DNA from: Planctomycetota bacterium
Lineage (GTDB): Bacteria > Planctomycetota > Uabimicrobiia > Uabimicrobiales > Uabimicrobiaceae
Assembly (NCBI GenBank): GCA_029260735.1
Contig: JAJDCR010000015.1
Span: forward strand, 65,825 to 129,824
Reading direction: 5' to 3'
Length of the DNA stretch: 64,000 bases
A model generated the notes under the pieces. The model ran no database searches, was not told where the DNA came from, and saw nothing but the letters and a program-made list of their open reading frames with translations. This document shows positions 28,458 to 38,286 of the stretch, piece after piece. The translations under genes were made by a program, and so were the position numbers. The number at the start of each line of letters is the position of its first letter. The stretch's first letter is position 1.

Positions 28458-31040
28458 ATGCAAATTTTTCGTGGAAATGAAAAAGAATTAAAAGATCAGT
28501 TTGATATAAACCCTTTGGGGGTTGTTTTTATTGGTCTTTTGCGAAGTAAAAAGGTTTATCTAACCGAACCTGTTTTAGAGCTGTGTACAAAAAAATCTCC
28601 TTTAGAAGGTCTCATTAAAAATCGTACACTTCTTTCCACCCTAGATAATTTCCCAGATTTTGAAGCTCTACAAACTATCCATGATCCAGAGCGTAACTTT
28701 CCTCTCACTATTTTAGATGTGGGTACGGAGAGGGTGATTGCTTTATCAGACGAAATTTTAGCAGAAGAAGGATGGCAGCAAAGTAGTGAAGCAGAACCTT
28801 CTTCTACTGCTTTAAAAACTGCCCACAGTCACTTGAGTGGACTAGAAAGCCTCTTTTCTTCTGAAGAAATCGCTCGGCTTAAAATTGCTATTGCGACAGC
28901 CGTTTCCCCTGATGAAAGAATAGAGTCTATTCGAAAAATGACTTTTTCTCAATTAGAAAAGCGAGAAAAATTTCTCCTCTTTTTTCACGCCCTCGCAGAC
29001 AAAAATGTTGAAGTTCGGACAGAAGCAATTCTAGCTCTAGAAAAAAGTGGCTTTCAGCCTGAAATTGCAGAAGAAATGCTCTCTTTGAACAAAGGGGACG
29101 ACGAACAAAAAGAATATGCTATAGGTAGTCTAAGCAAAATATTTTCCGAAGTGGGAGAACTAGAGCAAGGAGCCATTTTACAAATTATTTTAACTTTGCT
29201 GCAAGATTCTCATTACGAACATATAGGGGAGCTCCTTTTCCAAGCCGTAGACGATTTTTCTCCTCATCTACCAGCAAACCAAGGCATGTTAGAACGTATT
29301 ATGGCTACGGCTCTGAAAAACTTAGTAAGTAAATTTAATCTCTACCACAAAAAAATCTATAACATTCTTTTAAACCTAGATAAAATTGACCATGATCTTC
29401 TGGAAGATTTTCTCTGGCATGAGTTATCCAAAAGCTCTGGGCGCAATCAAAGATCTTTCTTTTTGGTTTTACTATGCGAAATTCAAGTTCGGGAAGAACG
29501 TATTCCTGTGGTTATGGAACAGGCCATCCGAGAGATCAGTTTTGGGGACGAACTAGATCCCTTTTATTTACAACTTCTAGGCTCTCTTCATCAAATGGGA
29601 GAAAAAACAGTAACTTCTCTTCTCGAACGACTCCAAGAGTCTGATCGTGTAGGAGAACGCATTCAGATTGTCGGTCTATTAGATAATGTCTGCCGAGAGT
29701 ATTCTTTACCCTTGCCACAAAAAGAAGAAATCATCAAAGTTTATATCGACATTTTTTCCCTAGCCCACAACAAACTTCGAGAGTCTATGTTGGATTCTAT
29801 TTTACTAAGTGATCCCGACCTTCCCGCTCGCTTAAAAACTCAACTGGCCCGAGAAGCTTTGGTAGATATTCACAGCGAAGGATTTGACCAATTTCCAGAC
29901 GTGGTTCGATCAGCTCTTCTCCAGATAAAAAAACCTGCTATTGACGCCATCTTGCAAGTTTTACGTAACCCTTTGAATACCATGCAGGCTGTTCGAGCAA
30001 CGGATTTCCTGGGAGATGTTGTTTTAGAGCTGGATCTCAGTCATGCCTCAGAAGTGGGAAAAATTAAAGATTTCTGCTTTAAGCAAATTAAAAAAAATCC
30101 TGAAAACGTCCGAGAATTGTTTAAGGTTTTAGGAAAAATAGTCTTGGCCAAAGCAACTCAAAAAGATGATGCTCAGAGCATTGTCCATTATCTATTAGAT
30201 AATGTTTGTAAATCTCATCCTTATGCTATTTTAGAAGCCCTGGGTTGGGCAGGCTCAAGCCCTCTCTTGGAGGAAGAAGTCACTACCGATATTTGCTGTT
30301 TGCTAATGGCTCTTCTCGACAACCGTCTTCCCGAGAACATTTCCAAAACAACTCAAAACGATGAAGGCACCCGCTATGAGTTTGACTTCAAAACAACGGC
30401 CTATACAGATCTCCTCCCTATTCTGATATCCGGTTTAGAAAGAATCGCTACGGGCTCTAGTACCTCGGAATCAATTCGTCGATTGATTGTCAATAAGCTT
30501 CTGGGAAAATGGAAACGACTAGTCTCTCATAAACTCGTTTGGGGACCTAAAAACATCACCGACTTAGGTAAGACTATTTACCGCTTGTCCATTAATCCAG
30601 TAATGGAAGCTCCGATTAAAATCCAGCTAGTCGAAGCTCTCTTTGCTAAAGTGGCTATTTTTTCTATCACAGAGCTTTTGGCTGAGATTCTGTCCCAAGC
30701 AAAAGAGGAAGAGCTACTGGAATGGTCTGCTCGTTTATGTGAAAAACTCTTAGAATTTGCCACTCACCAAGAGTACCAAAACCAAGAAGACAAAGAGGTA
30801 ATTCTTCGTTGCATTGGCACAATGTTAAAAGCCCCTTCTCTCTCTCCCAAGAGTCGGGAATCTAGTCGATATAGAGAGAATATGCTCTACCAATTATTTG
30901 AAGGACTGCGGGAGAAAGTTTTTGGGGTGAATAATATTTTAAAAGACCTTCTTTCTTCCCCTCACATACCGAAAAAACTTCAAAAGGAAATTGGAAAACG
31001 TCTTCCCAAGCCTACTCGACTTGTATTAAAAAACTCTTAA
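28458..31040 (+). CDS. Large alpha-helical (HEAT/ARM-like) hypothetical protein
   Basis: Starts 7 nt after manC with a GAGGA RBS. It is helical-repeat rich and has no catalytic motif I can see. Confidence 0.5.
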   Translation: MQIFRGNEKELKDQFDINPLGVVFIGLLRSKKVYLTEPVLELCTKKSPLEGLIKNRTLLSTLDNFPDFEALQTIHDPERNFPLTILDVGTERVIALSDEILAEEGWQQSSEAEPSSTALKTAHSHLSGLESLFSSEEIARLKIAIATAVSPDERIESIRKMTFSQLEKREKFLLFFHALADKNVEVRTEAILALEKSGFQPEIAEEMLSLNKGDDEQKEYAIGSLSKIFSEVGELEQGAILQIILTLLQDSHYEHIGELLFQAVDDFSPHLPANQGMLERIMATALKNLVSKFNLYHKKIYNILLNLDKIDHDLLEDFLWHELSKSSGRNQRSFFLVLLCEIQVREERIPVVMEQAIREISFGDELDPFYLQLLGSLHQMGEKTVTSLLERLQESDRVGERIQIVGLLDNVCREYSLPLPQKEEIIKVYIDIFSLAHNKLRESMLDSILLSDPDLPARLKTQLAREALVDIHSEGFDQFPDVVRSALLQIKKPAIDAILQVLRNPLNTMQAVRATDFLGDVVLELDLSHASEVGKIKDFCFKQIKKNPENVRELFKVLGKIVLAKATQKDDAQSIVHYLLDNVCKSHPYAILEALGWAGSSPLLEEEVTTDICCLLMALLDNRLPENISKTTQNDEGTRYEFDFKTTAYTDLLPILISGLERIATGSSTSESIRRLIVNKLLGKWKRLVSHKLVWGPKNITDLGKTIYRLSINPVMEAPIKIQLVEALFAKVAIFSITELLAEILSQAKEEELLEWSARLCEKLLEFATHQEYQNQEDKEVILRCIGTMLKAPSLSPKSRESSRYRENMLYQLFEGLREKVFGVNNILKDLLSSPHIPKKLQKEIGKRLPKPTRLVLKNS

Positions 31041-31054
31041 TCTAGGGAAAAATT

Positions 31055-32947
31055 ATGGAAAAAAAACAAAAAAGAAAAGCCGCTCGGGAAATTTTTAACC
31101 AACAAATCTATCAAAATATTATGGAGGAAGCCCCCGACGAAGAAGATAATGACTTCTTTGAAGCACAGCAACAAGCTATTGAAGTACAAGCTGCTCCCAA
31201 TATGATGCCTATGCCAGCGGCACTTGCACCTTCTCCTCAGAAGGCAAAGGTAAGAAAAATCCAAGTAGACGAGCAATTGACATCGGAAGAGCTCCAACAA
31301 GAAAAAGGGGGACTCCATGTTCGAGAAACAGGCTGGGGGCCTTGGCGAACCGTCATTGTTCCCCCCAATGCCTATGTTGTCCATACTCGTCGAGGCCAAA
31401 GTAAACCTGTAACCGTTGGTCTGGGAGCTTCTTTTCGTTATAACTCCAGAACCGATAGTTACATTGTTGCTCCTGCTACCATGCAAACAATTGGAATTGT
31501 TGCCCAGGGGATTAGTCGAGAAAAGCAAGGCATTAGTGTTCTCGCTTACGTCCAGTGGCTTATCAGTGACTTTTCCATTGCCTACCAAAGATTAGATTTT
31601 TCCGATATTAAAGACCCCATGGGAATTGTGAGCGCACAACTTCGAGAACAAGCCGAAGCGGCGATCAAAGACAAAATATCTACGATGTCCGTCGAAGAGA
31701 TTCTTGCTGACAAAGCAACTATCATAGAAGAGTTAACCCAGCGCCTAAAAACAGTCGCAGAAGGACATCATACCAATGAAGAAGAGAGTCTAGGCGGGCT
31801 AGGAATTAAAATTGTTACGGTTCAGATAAAAGAAGCCTTTGTTTCTTCCCAAAAACTATGGGAGCATTTACAGGAACCTTTCCGTAACGAGCGAGAGCGA
31901 GAAGCTCGCTTGAGTCGTTTACGAGTAGAAGAAGAAATCCGCCAGCAAGAACTACAAAACCAGAAGAAAATTGAAAATGCCCAGGCCGATACCCAAACTG
32001 AAATAGATAAATTTAAAGCAAAAAAAGAGAGCGAATCTTTAGCTGTAATCATTGAAGAGAGATTAGCTCGCGAAGAAATTGAAATGAAAGAGGAAGAAAA
32101 ATCTATTTTTCTCAAAGAAACCACAGAGTTGGCTCGGCGTACTTCTGAAGAAAAATTAAACGAAGAAGAAGAAACTCAAAAGAAAAACTTTGCTCTACTC
32201 CAGTTACAGTATGAAAAAGAAAAAGCCATACAAAAACGTACCTTAGAGCTGGAAAGAAGACTAGAAGAGAAAGCAGCCGAAGAAAAAACTCGGATGAAAG
32301 AGCTGGAATACGAACAAAGGCTATTAGAGTACGAACATAAGTTTAGAGTCAAAGAACTCGAAGACCAAAAAACTCTTTCAGAAAAAGAGCATGGGCTAAA
32401 CCTCGTCAGACTAAAAAATCAAAGTGAAATCAAAAGAATACAGCTAGAAGGCGAAATAAAAAAACAAGAATTTGAATTTGAACTGGGACAAAAAAAGAAA
32501 AAAGACTCTGGAGAACTTTCCTATTTTCTCCGAGAAAAAGAATTATCTAACCTTCGCTTAGAACAAGAAATCAAAAACCTTGTTCAACCTGGAGATCTTA
32601 GTCGTCGTCTCATTGATGTTCTTCCTGACTTAGCCGAAGCCATGCCTGACATTCAGGAGATGAAAACTCTTCAAATCTCAGGAGAAGGGGGCGGAGGATT
32701 TGACGCTCTCAATACTTTTATTGCAAAACTTTTAGCAGTAACTCAAAGCTTGGGGTTGCCAAAACTAGGTTCAGTGAACTATACTAAAGATAATGATCCT
32801 ATTTTAGTAAAAGAAGAAGAAAAGCAAAAAGCAGCGGAGTTTTTGAACAAAGAAAACTCTTCTGAGTTTTCTTCTTCAGGGGAAACATCTAGTGAAGTTT
32901 ACGAGAAAAAAGAACTAGACAAAGATTTGGACACTTTTGAGGAATAG
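31055..32947 (+). CDS. SPFH/band-7 (flotillin-like) protein with long E/K-rich coiled-coil tail
   Basis: SPFH-like core (GISREKQGISVLAYVQWLISD...QLREQAEAAIKDKISTMSVEEILADKATIIEELTQRLK...GIKIVTVQIKEAF), then ~300 aa of EK-rich heptad-like sequence. ATG with an AGGGA RBS, 14 nt after the previous stop. Confidence 0.65.
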   Translation: MEKKQKRKAAREIFNQQIYQNIMEEAPDEEDNDFFEAQQQAIEVQAAPNMMPMPAALAPSPQKAKVRKIQVDEQLTSEELQQEKGGLHVRETGWGPWRTVIVPPNAYVVHTRRGQSKPVTVGLGASFRYNSRTDSYIVAPATMQTIGIVAQGISREKQGISVLAYVQWLISDFSIAYQRLDFSDIKDPMGIVSAQLREQAEAAIKDKISTMSVEEILADKATIIEELTQRLKTVAEGHHTNEEESLGGLGIKIVTVQIKEAFVSSQKLWEHLQEPFRNEREREARLSRLRVEEEIRQQELQNQKKIENAQADTQTEIDKFKAKKESESLAVIIEERLAREEIEMKEEEKSIFLKETTELARRTSEEKLNEEEETQKKNFALLQLQYEKEKAIQKRTLELERRLEEKAAEEKTRMKELEYEQRLLEYEHKFRVKELEDQKTLSEKEHGLNLVRLKNQSEIKRIQLEGEIKKQEFEFELGQKKKKDSGELSYFLREKELSNLRLEQEIKNLVQPGDLSRRLIDVLPDLAEAMPDIQEMKTLQISGEGGGGFDALNTFIAKLLAVTQSLGLPKLGSVNYTKDNDPILVKEEEKQKAAEFLNKENSSEFSSSGETSSEVYEKKELDKDLDTFEE

Positions 32948-33000
32948 GCAATTTTTTCCCAAAGCACAAAACTGGGAAAAGAAATTGTGAAAGGTTAGTT

Positions 33001-34203
33001 ATGTTTGGAAAATCATTCATCTCACTCCTTGTTTTTCTGGCTATAGGAGGACTTGTCGCAAACGAAGTCTCTTATCCTCAACAAGAAGTCGAAAAAATCT
33101 TCTCTGAACTTGTTGATGAAGATGCCCATGTGCGCGATAGTGCCACCGAAAGAATGGCCCTTTTGGGAAAAGTCGCATTCGACCATGTTGTCGAAAAATT
33201 TCCTCAAGTAAATTACCAAGTGCGACGACAAATTGTTACCATACTCGATAAAATACACACTCCCCAAGCATTAGATTTACTTTTTTTAGCTCTTCAAGAT
33301 CCCGACGAGGGAGTGAGAAACCGAGTAGCCTTGGCTTTACTTAATCTTTCGGAAAGCCCCGATAAAATTATCACACGCTTAGATGCGGTTGAAAATCCTC
33401 GCTCTGAAGTCCGCTCAACGATTCAAGATATAAAGAATAGTTTTCTTTACAAGTTTGTCGAAATAGAATTGGCCGAAGAAATTTCTCCCCAAGGAGGCTA
33501 TGGATTTTATGATGGGCAATTTGACAGCTTAAAAGAAGTAGGCGAAACAATCATCGCTCCTTTATCAGATATCTTTTGCAATGGAAACTATAGCTACATA
33601 CAAAAATCACTCAATGAAGGCCATCAATTAGAGAAACAATTCAAGATGAGAATGTTAGCAGGGCAAGCTCTCGGTGAATTGTCTGAAATAATGAGCAAAG
33701 GAAACAAACGAATGGTTATTCGTAGACTAAGAGGTTTAGCTTACAGCTCTCTTGGTGATGAAGAAATCCGCCGAATTGCCTCCTGTGCCCGCTATAAGCT
33801 CGGCGATAAGATTGAATTTGAAAGACAAGTAAAACAACATCTAAAAAATATTAGCCTAACCCAAACTCCAGACAGTTACCGCGAGCTCGCTATGCTCTAT
33901 CTTCGAGTCAACGAGTCGGAAAAGGGCATACTGTATTTAAAAATGTCGATTTCCCTCTGCCAACAGGCCGGTCTTGAGAATGAAGCAGGCCTAGACTACT
34001 ACAACCTAGCATGCGCTTACTCTTATATCAATAATATAGAGGAAGCCATCACTGCTCTCCTAAAAGCGGTTGATCTAAAGTATGAAGATGTTGAGTGGAT
34101 GAAGCAAGATGGAGATCTGCGCAACCTCCACGACGACCCTCGTTTTCAGGAGATTATTAAGAAGCTGGAGGAGAAAAAGGAGCTACTGAAGAGGAAGAAG
34201 TGA
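33001..34203 (+). CDS. Secreted HEAT (PBS-lyase-type)/TPR repeat protein
   Basis: Signal peptide (MFGKSFISLLVFLAIGGLVA). HEAT-like repeats (DEDAHVRDSATERMALLG...QVRRQIVTILDKI...DEGVRNRVALALLNL). C-terminal TPR-like helices. Confidence 0.6.
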   Translation: MFGKSFISLLVFLAIGGLVANEVSYPQQEVEKIFSELVDEDAHVRDSATERMALLGKVAFDHVVEKFPQVNYQVRRQIVTILDKIHTPQALDLLFLALQDPDEGVRNRVALALLNLSESPDKIITRLDAVENPRSEVRSTIQDIKNSFLYKFVEIELAEEISPQGGYGFYDGQFDSLKEVGETIIAPLSDIFCNGNYSYIQKSLNEGHQLEKQFKMRMLAGQALGELSEIMSKGNKRMVIRRLRGLAYSSLGDEEIRRIASCARYKLGDKIEFERQVKQHLKNISLTQTPDSYRELAMLYLRVNESEKGILYLKMSISLCQQAGLENEAGLDYYNLACAYSYINNIEEAITALLKAVDLKYEDVEWMKQDGDLRNLHDDPRFQEIIKKLEEKKELLKRKK

Positions 34204-34355
34204 CCGCTGATTAAACGGATTTTTCGGATTAATATGATTTTTGTTTGTGATTTTTGGATTGGTTGGGTGCGCTTCGCTTTTGATGAGTTTGCTTAATTGT
34301 CTGAACCGCTGATTTAACGGATTTTTCGGATTACGCTGATTTTTGTTCGTGGGAA
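34204..34355. repeat. Tandem ~50-bp direct repeat pair (102-bp period)
   Basis: CCGCTGATTAAACGGATTTTTCGGATTAATATGATTTTTGTTTGTG and CCGCTGATTTAACGGATTTTTCGGATTACGCTGATTTTTGTTCGTG, beginning immediately after the stop codon at 34203. Confidence 0.7.
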
Positions 34356-34474
34356 TCTAGGATTCTATACGCTGAAAACGTTACACATCAGCACAGGATA
34401 AAGTGAGCCAAAGTCAAATGGTATCCTGTGTCACTGTTGAAATAAGGATAGGTATTGGGATGTGACCCAAGAGA

Positions 34475-35220
34475 AAAAGTATCCCCGAAGGGGATTAACG
34501 TGAATAGCCCTGGGTTTCCAACCCAGGGGAAATTTAAGAACACCCCCACAGATCGCCCTGAAGGGGCGAAACATCTTTAGTGTCACCCCTTCAGGGTGAA
34601 TCTGAGACGAAATATATTTTCCCCTGGGTTAAAAACCCTTACTTTTATACACATAATTTTGTGAAACGAAAATTTGGTATTTTAAAATTTAAGAGTTTGT
34701 GTGATCGTTATACGTCATTACGTTAGGTTATCGAATACGTCGGAAACCCCGATGTTATCGGGACCTGACATATTACATCCCTCCGGGATACCAATTGTGC
34801 ATTGAGACAGGTTAGTTTTATTCTAAGCAAATATTATTTGCATTGAGTTTTAGTGGTATTAATCGCATCCAGAAATGTTTTATTATCGCGGATATTGTTA
34901 CGTCAGATTTCTCTTGGCGATGTGTCATTTACATGATTGTTTGATAATCACGTACAGCTACCTACGCTTAAACAAATCTAATGTGCCGCAATTATGCCAC
35001 TCGAACCTAACATTAATGGCATTTACTTAGAATAAAACTAACCTACCTTAATGCACAATTGGTATCCCGATAGGGATGTAATATGTCAGGCCCCGATAAC
35101 ATCGGGGTTTCCGACGTATTCGATAATCTAACGTAATCATACCAAGAAGTTAAACTTGTGTATAAGAGTAAGGGTTAAAAACCCAGGGCTATTCACGTTA
35201 ATCCCCTTCGGGGATACTTT
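34475..35220. repeat. ~745-bp foldback: nested near-perfect inverted repeat (arms ~230-300 bp, ~160-bp unique centre), no ORF
   Basis: 34475-34527 is the reverse complement of 35172-35220 (AAAGTATCCCCGAAGGGGATTAACGTGAATAGCCCTGGGTTT...). 34605-34654 matches 35150-35180. 34690-34832 is the reverse complement of 34993-35140 (..TACGTTAGGTTATCGAATACGTCGGAAACCCCGATGTTATCGGGACCTGACATATTACATCCCT..) with >90% identity. The left arm carries an extra 77-bp insert (34528-34604) that has its own 11-bp perfect hairpin. Confidence 0.8.
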
Positions 35221-35365
35221 TCAAAATTCTCTATTCTTATTTCAACAGCAGTTGAGCCAAAGTCCTCCAGGGAACACAGTACTTAGCACGGTTTTTAATA
35301 ATCTTTGTCAAAAACTATTTCAGATAAACCTCAGGGAACAACAGTCAAACTAAGGAGCAATCAAT

Positions 35366-36487
35366 TTGAAAAAAACGCTTGTCTATCTATTCTTCCTTTC
35401 TCTTTTATCCTCTCTCCTCTATGCCGACCTAGCTTCGCAATACGAGTCGGCTTATCGTTTAGCCCGCGATAAGGAGGCTCTGAATTTTTCAGACGCAACA
35501 GCGCAGGCTTGGAGTGAAGGTTTTTTGCTGAAAAAAGCGGTTTTTTCGGGAATCGGTTTGCTTGCACAGTATGAGGAAGCAAGTCAATTTGCTTTGGCTG
35601 AGGAAGGCTTGCGTTTGTCCTTGGAAGAAGCGGATCAGTGGGCGAAAAAACTGTTGATTTTGCGCGGGCAAATCGGGGCGGATGCTAGTTTAAGAGATGA
35701 GCTAAATCGTTTTCTAGAAGAAGTGTTTTTAGAGGAAGAAGAGGCTCTGGAGTGGTCTTTGGAGTTTTTTCAATCCGATGCTCCTCTTTATTCTCGCCAA
35801 GGGCTTCTAGAGCGATATACCGATGTCTACTCTTTTGCCCGTGAGAATATCTTTTTTTCTTTTACTCACGAAGAGGCCTTGAAATTAGCGAAAGACTTTA
35901 TCGGGCAACGATTCTACTTCCAACCAGGAATTCCTCTTTTAAGCCAGTATGTTCTCGCCTACAATTTTGCTTTTTCTTCTGAAGGACTGCGCATGACAGA
36001 TGAAGAGGCCCGTGCATGGGCAGAAGAATTTGTCTTAAGCCGAGGTGCTCTAAACCCTAGCCAGAACTTGGAAAATCAATTTCAAGATGCAGAGAATTTT
36101 GCCTTTGCCACAGGAGGCCTAGAAAAAAATAGAAACGAAGCTCGGGATTGGGCTGTTGTCTATATTCAGAAAAAAGGATTGCCTGATATTTCGATTAACC
36201 TCTTCCGACAATACCGCGAAGCCTACTTCTTTGCTTACAACGGACAGGTTCTTTCTCTCATTCGTAAAGTTAGAGATGCTCCGCCGGGCGTTTTTTTGAG
36301 CGATGAAGCAATGAAGTGGTCCCAAAAATTTATTGCCCAACGTTCCGAAATTAAGGGAGAAGAGGATCTTTTAGAGAAATACTTTCAGGCTCTTAATTTT
36401 GCTTACTCTAGCGAAGGCTTGAAGCTTGAAATAGAAGCGGCGCGGGCTTGGGCTATCGGTTTTTTAGAGAAGGAGGAAGTACGATGA
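35366..36487 (+). CDS. Secreted tandem-repeat protein (about six 40-45-aa repeats, motif QYxxAYxFAxxxEGLxxxxEEAxxWA)
   Basis: TTG start with a perfect TAAGGAG RBS 9 nt upstream. Signal peptide (LKKTLVYLFFLSLLSSLLYA). The repeat is visible by eye. The stop overlaps the next gene's ATG (ATGA). Confidence 0.6.
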   Translation: MKKTLVYLFFLSLLSSLLYADLASQYESAYRLARDKEALNFSDATAQAWSEGFLLKKAVFSGIGLLAQYEEASQFALAEEGLRLSLEEADQWAKKLLILRGQIGADASLRDELNRFLEEVFLEEEEALEWSLEFFQSDAPLYSRQGLLERYTDVYSFARENIFFSFTHEEALKLAKDFIGQRFYFQPGIPLLSQYVLAYNFAFSSEGLRMTDEEARAWAEEFVLSRGALNPSQNLENQFQDAENFAFATGGLEKNRNEARDWAVVYIQKKGLPDISINLFRQYREAYFFAYNGQVLSLIRKVRDAPPGVFLSDEAMKWSQKFIAQRSEIKGEEDLLEKYFQALNFAYSSEGLKLEIEAARAWAIGFLEKEEVR

Positions 36488-37281
36488 AAATTATTATCTG
36501 CTCTTTATGCCTCACTCTTTCCCTACTTGTCGGGCAAGAGAAATCAGAAAAACTTTTAATCCCAGGATTCCGTTTTTTAGAGACAAAAACTTACCACTGC
36601 ATTAAACAAAGCTACAATATCGATATATATAAGCATAAGCAAACAGGAATGACCTTTTCTTTGATTCCTCAGGGAGATTTTTGGATGGGAAACGAAGGAA
36701 TTGATAAGCGAGAAATACCTGTTCATAAAGTCTCAGTTTCTTCTTTTTTACTTTCCCAAAAAGAAGTCTCTCAACAAGTTTGGCAGCAGGTTATGTCCAG
36801 TAACCCTTCTCTGAATCAGGGAAAAAGTTTACCCGTTGAAAATGTTAATTGGTTTGAGTGCCAAGAGTTTTGTCAACGTACAGGCCTTAAGTTGCCTAGT
36901 GAAGCCCAGTGGGAATACGCTTACCGAGCCGGAACAAAAACTTTGTATTACTGGGGAGAAGAAGACGGAAATGCTTATGCTTGGCAAGGAGAACTCACCT
37001 CTCCCACCCAAGAAGTCGGGCAAAAGAAACCCAACGCCTTTGGTCTTTATGATATGAGTGGCAATGCTTGGGAATGGTGCCAAGACACTTGGCATTGGAA
37101 TTACTACGGGTCTCCTAAGACAGCAAAGGCTTGGGAAGGTGGCAACGGTCTTTTTCGAGTATACCGAGGCGGAGGATTGGGAGTTTCAACTGTTTACGGC
37201 TCAGCTAGTAGCCGCTCTTGGTTTATAGCTGAGCGTAAATGGAAACAGTTGGGTTTTCGGGTTGCTGCTTATTTAGAATAG
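36484..37281 (+). CDS. Secreted FGE-sulfatase (SUMF1/EgtB/PvdO-family) domain protein, likely non-catalytic
   Basis: ATG 36484 overlaps the upstream stop and has a GAAGGAGGAAG RBS. Signal peptide MKIIICSLCLTLSLLVGQ. FGE-fold motifs (GMTFSLIPQGDFWMG, ENVNWFECQEFCQRTGLKLPSEAQWEYAYRAG, LYDMSGNAWEWCQD, RVYRGGG, GFRVA). It lacks the paired catalytic Cys of true FGE. Confidence 0.8.
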   Translation: MKIIICSLCLTLSLLVGQEKSEKLLIPGFRFLETKTYHCIKQSYNIDIYKHKQTGMTFSLIPQGDFWMGNEGIDKREIPVHKVSVSSFLLSQKEVSQQVWQQVMSSNPSLNQGKSLPVENVNWFECQEFCQRTGLKLPSEAQWEYAYRAGTKTLYYWGEEDGNAYAWQGELTSPTQEVGQKKPNAFGLYDMSGNAWEWCQDTWHWNYYGSPKTAKAWEGGNGLFRVYRGGGLGVSTVYGSASSRSWFIAERKWKQLGFRVAAYLE

Positions 37282-37317
37282 TCAGAAAAATAGTCAGAAA
37301 AACAATCGGCAGTGCTT

Positions 37318-38214
37318 CTACATTCCCGCCATAATGCCCAAATCTTTTTTCTTGCCTTTTCGGATCTCCTTCAATAACTCTCCCCAATTCGCAAAGCGTT
37401 CTTTGGGTCTGCGAGCAAGAAGACGCATTGTAATTTGCGCTAAATTTTCTGGTATTCCGTTGACCCTACGGGTGATCGGAACAGGCTCTTGGGTAAGTCT
37501 TTTTGTTGCTAAGTCGTAGCGTTGTTTAGCTTGGGAGCTATTTTCATACTTCCGAGAAACCCCAAAGGGAACACTCCCACTAAGAATACGGTAAATGCTC
37601 ACTCCTAAAGCGTACATATCTATTTTCGTCGATATAGTATTGGGCTTTTGTTTATGTTGGATAGCATGAATTCGAGCGACATATTCAGGAGCAAAATAGT
37701 GAGTTTTCCCGATAAGCTTGACCTCAGCATTGGCCTCTGCTTGGGTCATAGCTTGGTCAAAGTCAATAAGGGTGACTTTTCCATTTTGGATCATCATATT
37801 TTTAGTAGTAACATCTCGGTGAATGAGTCCTTTTTGGTGACAATATTCCAGGGCTTGGCAAACCTCCTCTAGCACAAGATAAGCTCTAGCAAAAGAAAAT
37901 TTTCCTTGGCGCAGAGCTTCCTCTAAGGTTTGTCCGGGAATAAAATTCATCAGGATATAAGGTTCTCCTCTTTCGGTTGTTCCCGTATCTTTTATATCAA
38001 TGATTTTGGAATGCCCTTTGAGAGTGCACAAGTTTCGATACTCTATCTCATGATTTCTCCAAGATAGTTGTTTTTGTTCATCCGTCGAATCGAATAAATT
38101 CTTTTCTCTATCTTGAGTGCAGTAGATTTTAATGGCATAACTATTATCTTCACACAAATAGACAGTTCCTGCTCGACCCCGTCCTAGCATTTTTTGCGTT
38201 TTATATTTACTCAT
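37318..38214 (-). CDS. Small atypical protein kinase-like protein
   Basis: Gly-loop GRGRAGTVY, AIKIY lysine, HRDVTTKNMMI catalytic loop, DFD in place of DFG, and APE. It is the last gene of the minus-strand STK-WD40/HtrA operon. Confidence 0.65.
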   Translation of the reverse strand: MSKYKTQKMLGRGRAGTVYLCEDNSYAIKIYCTQDREKNLFDSTDEQKQLSWRNHEIEYRNLCTLKGHSKIIDIKDTGTTERGEPYILMNFIPGQTLEEALRQGKFSFARAYLVLEEVCQALEYCHQKGLIHRDVTTKNMMIQNGKVTLIDFDQAMTQAEANAEVKLIGKTHYFAPEYVARIHAIQHKQKPNTISTKIDMYALGVSIYRILSGSVPFGVSRKYENSSQAKQRYDLATKRLTQEPVPITRRVNGIPENLAQITMRLLARRPKERFANWGELLKEIRKGKKKDLGIMAGM

Positions 38215-38286
38215 AATTCTCTTACTACCGTTCCTTAACCTGCTATCCAGCTTTTTTTGATTCTCCTGTGGTGTGCCCTGCTACCT

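Noticed and set aside
31037-31588. 183-aa minus-strand ORF
   Set aside because: It is antisense to the 5' end of the SPFH gene, which has strong domain support. There is no RBS or motif support.
34204-35365. Possible tRNA/rRNA or transposase inside the foldback region
   Set aside because: There is no RNA-gene signature and no ORF longer than 65 aa. The structure is purely repeat-based.
36484-37281. Bona fide catalytic formylglycine-generating enzyme
   Set aside because: The fold motifs are present, but the C-terminal region (RVYRGGGLGVSTVYGSASSRSWF) lacks the paired active-site cysteines of SUMF1-type FGE, so it is called a non-catalytic family member.
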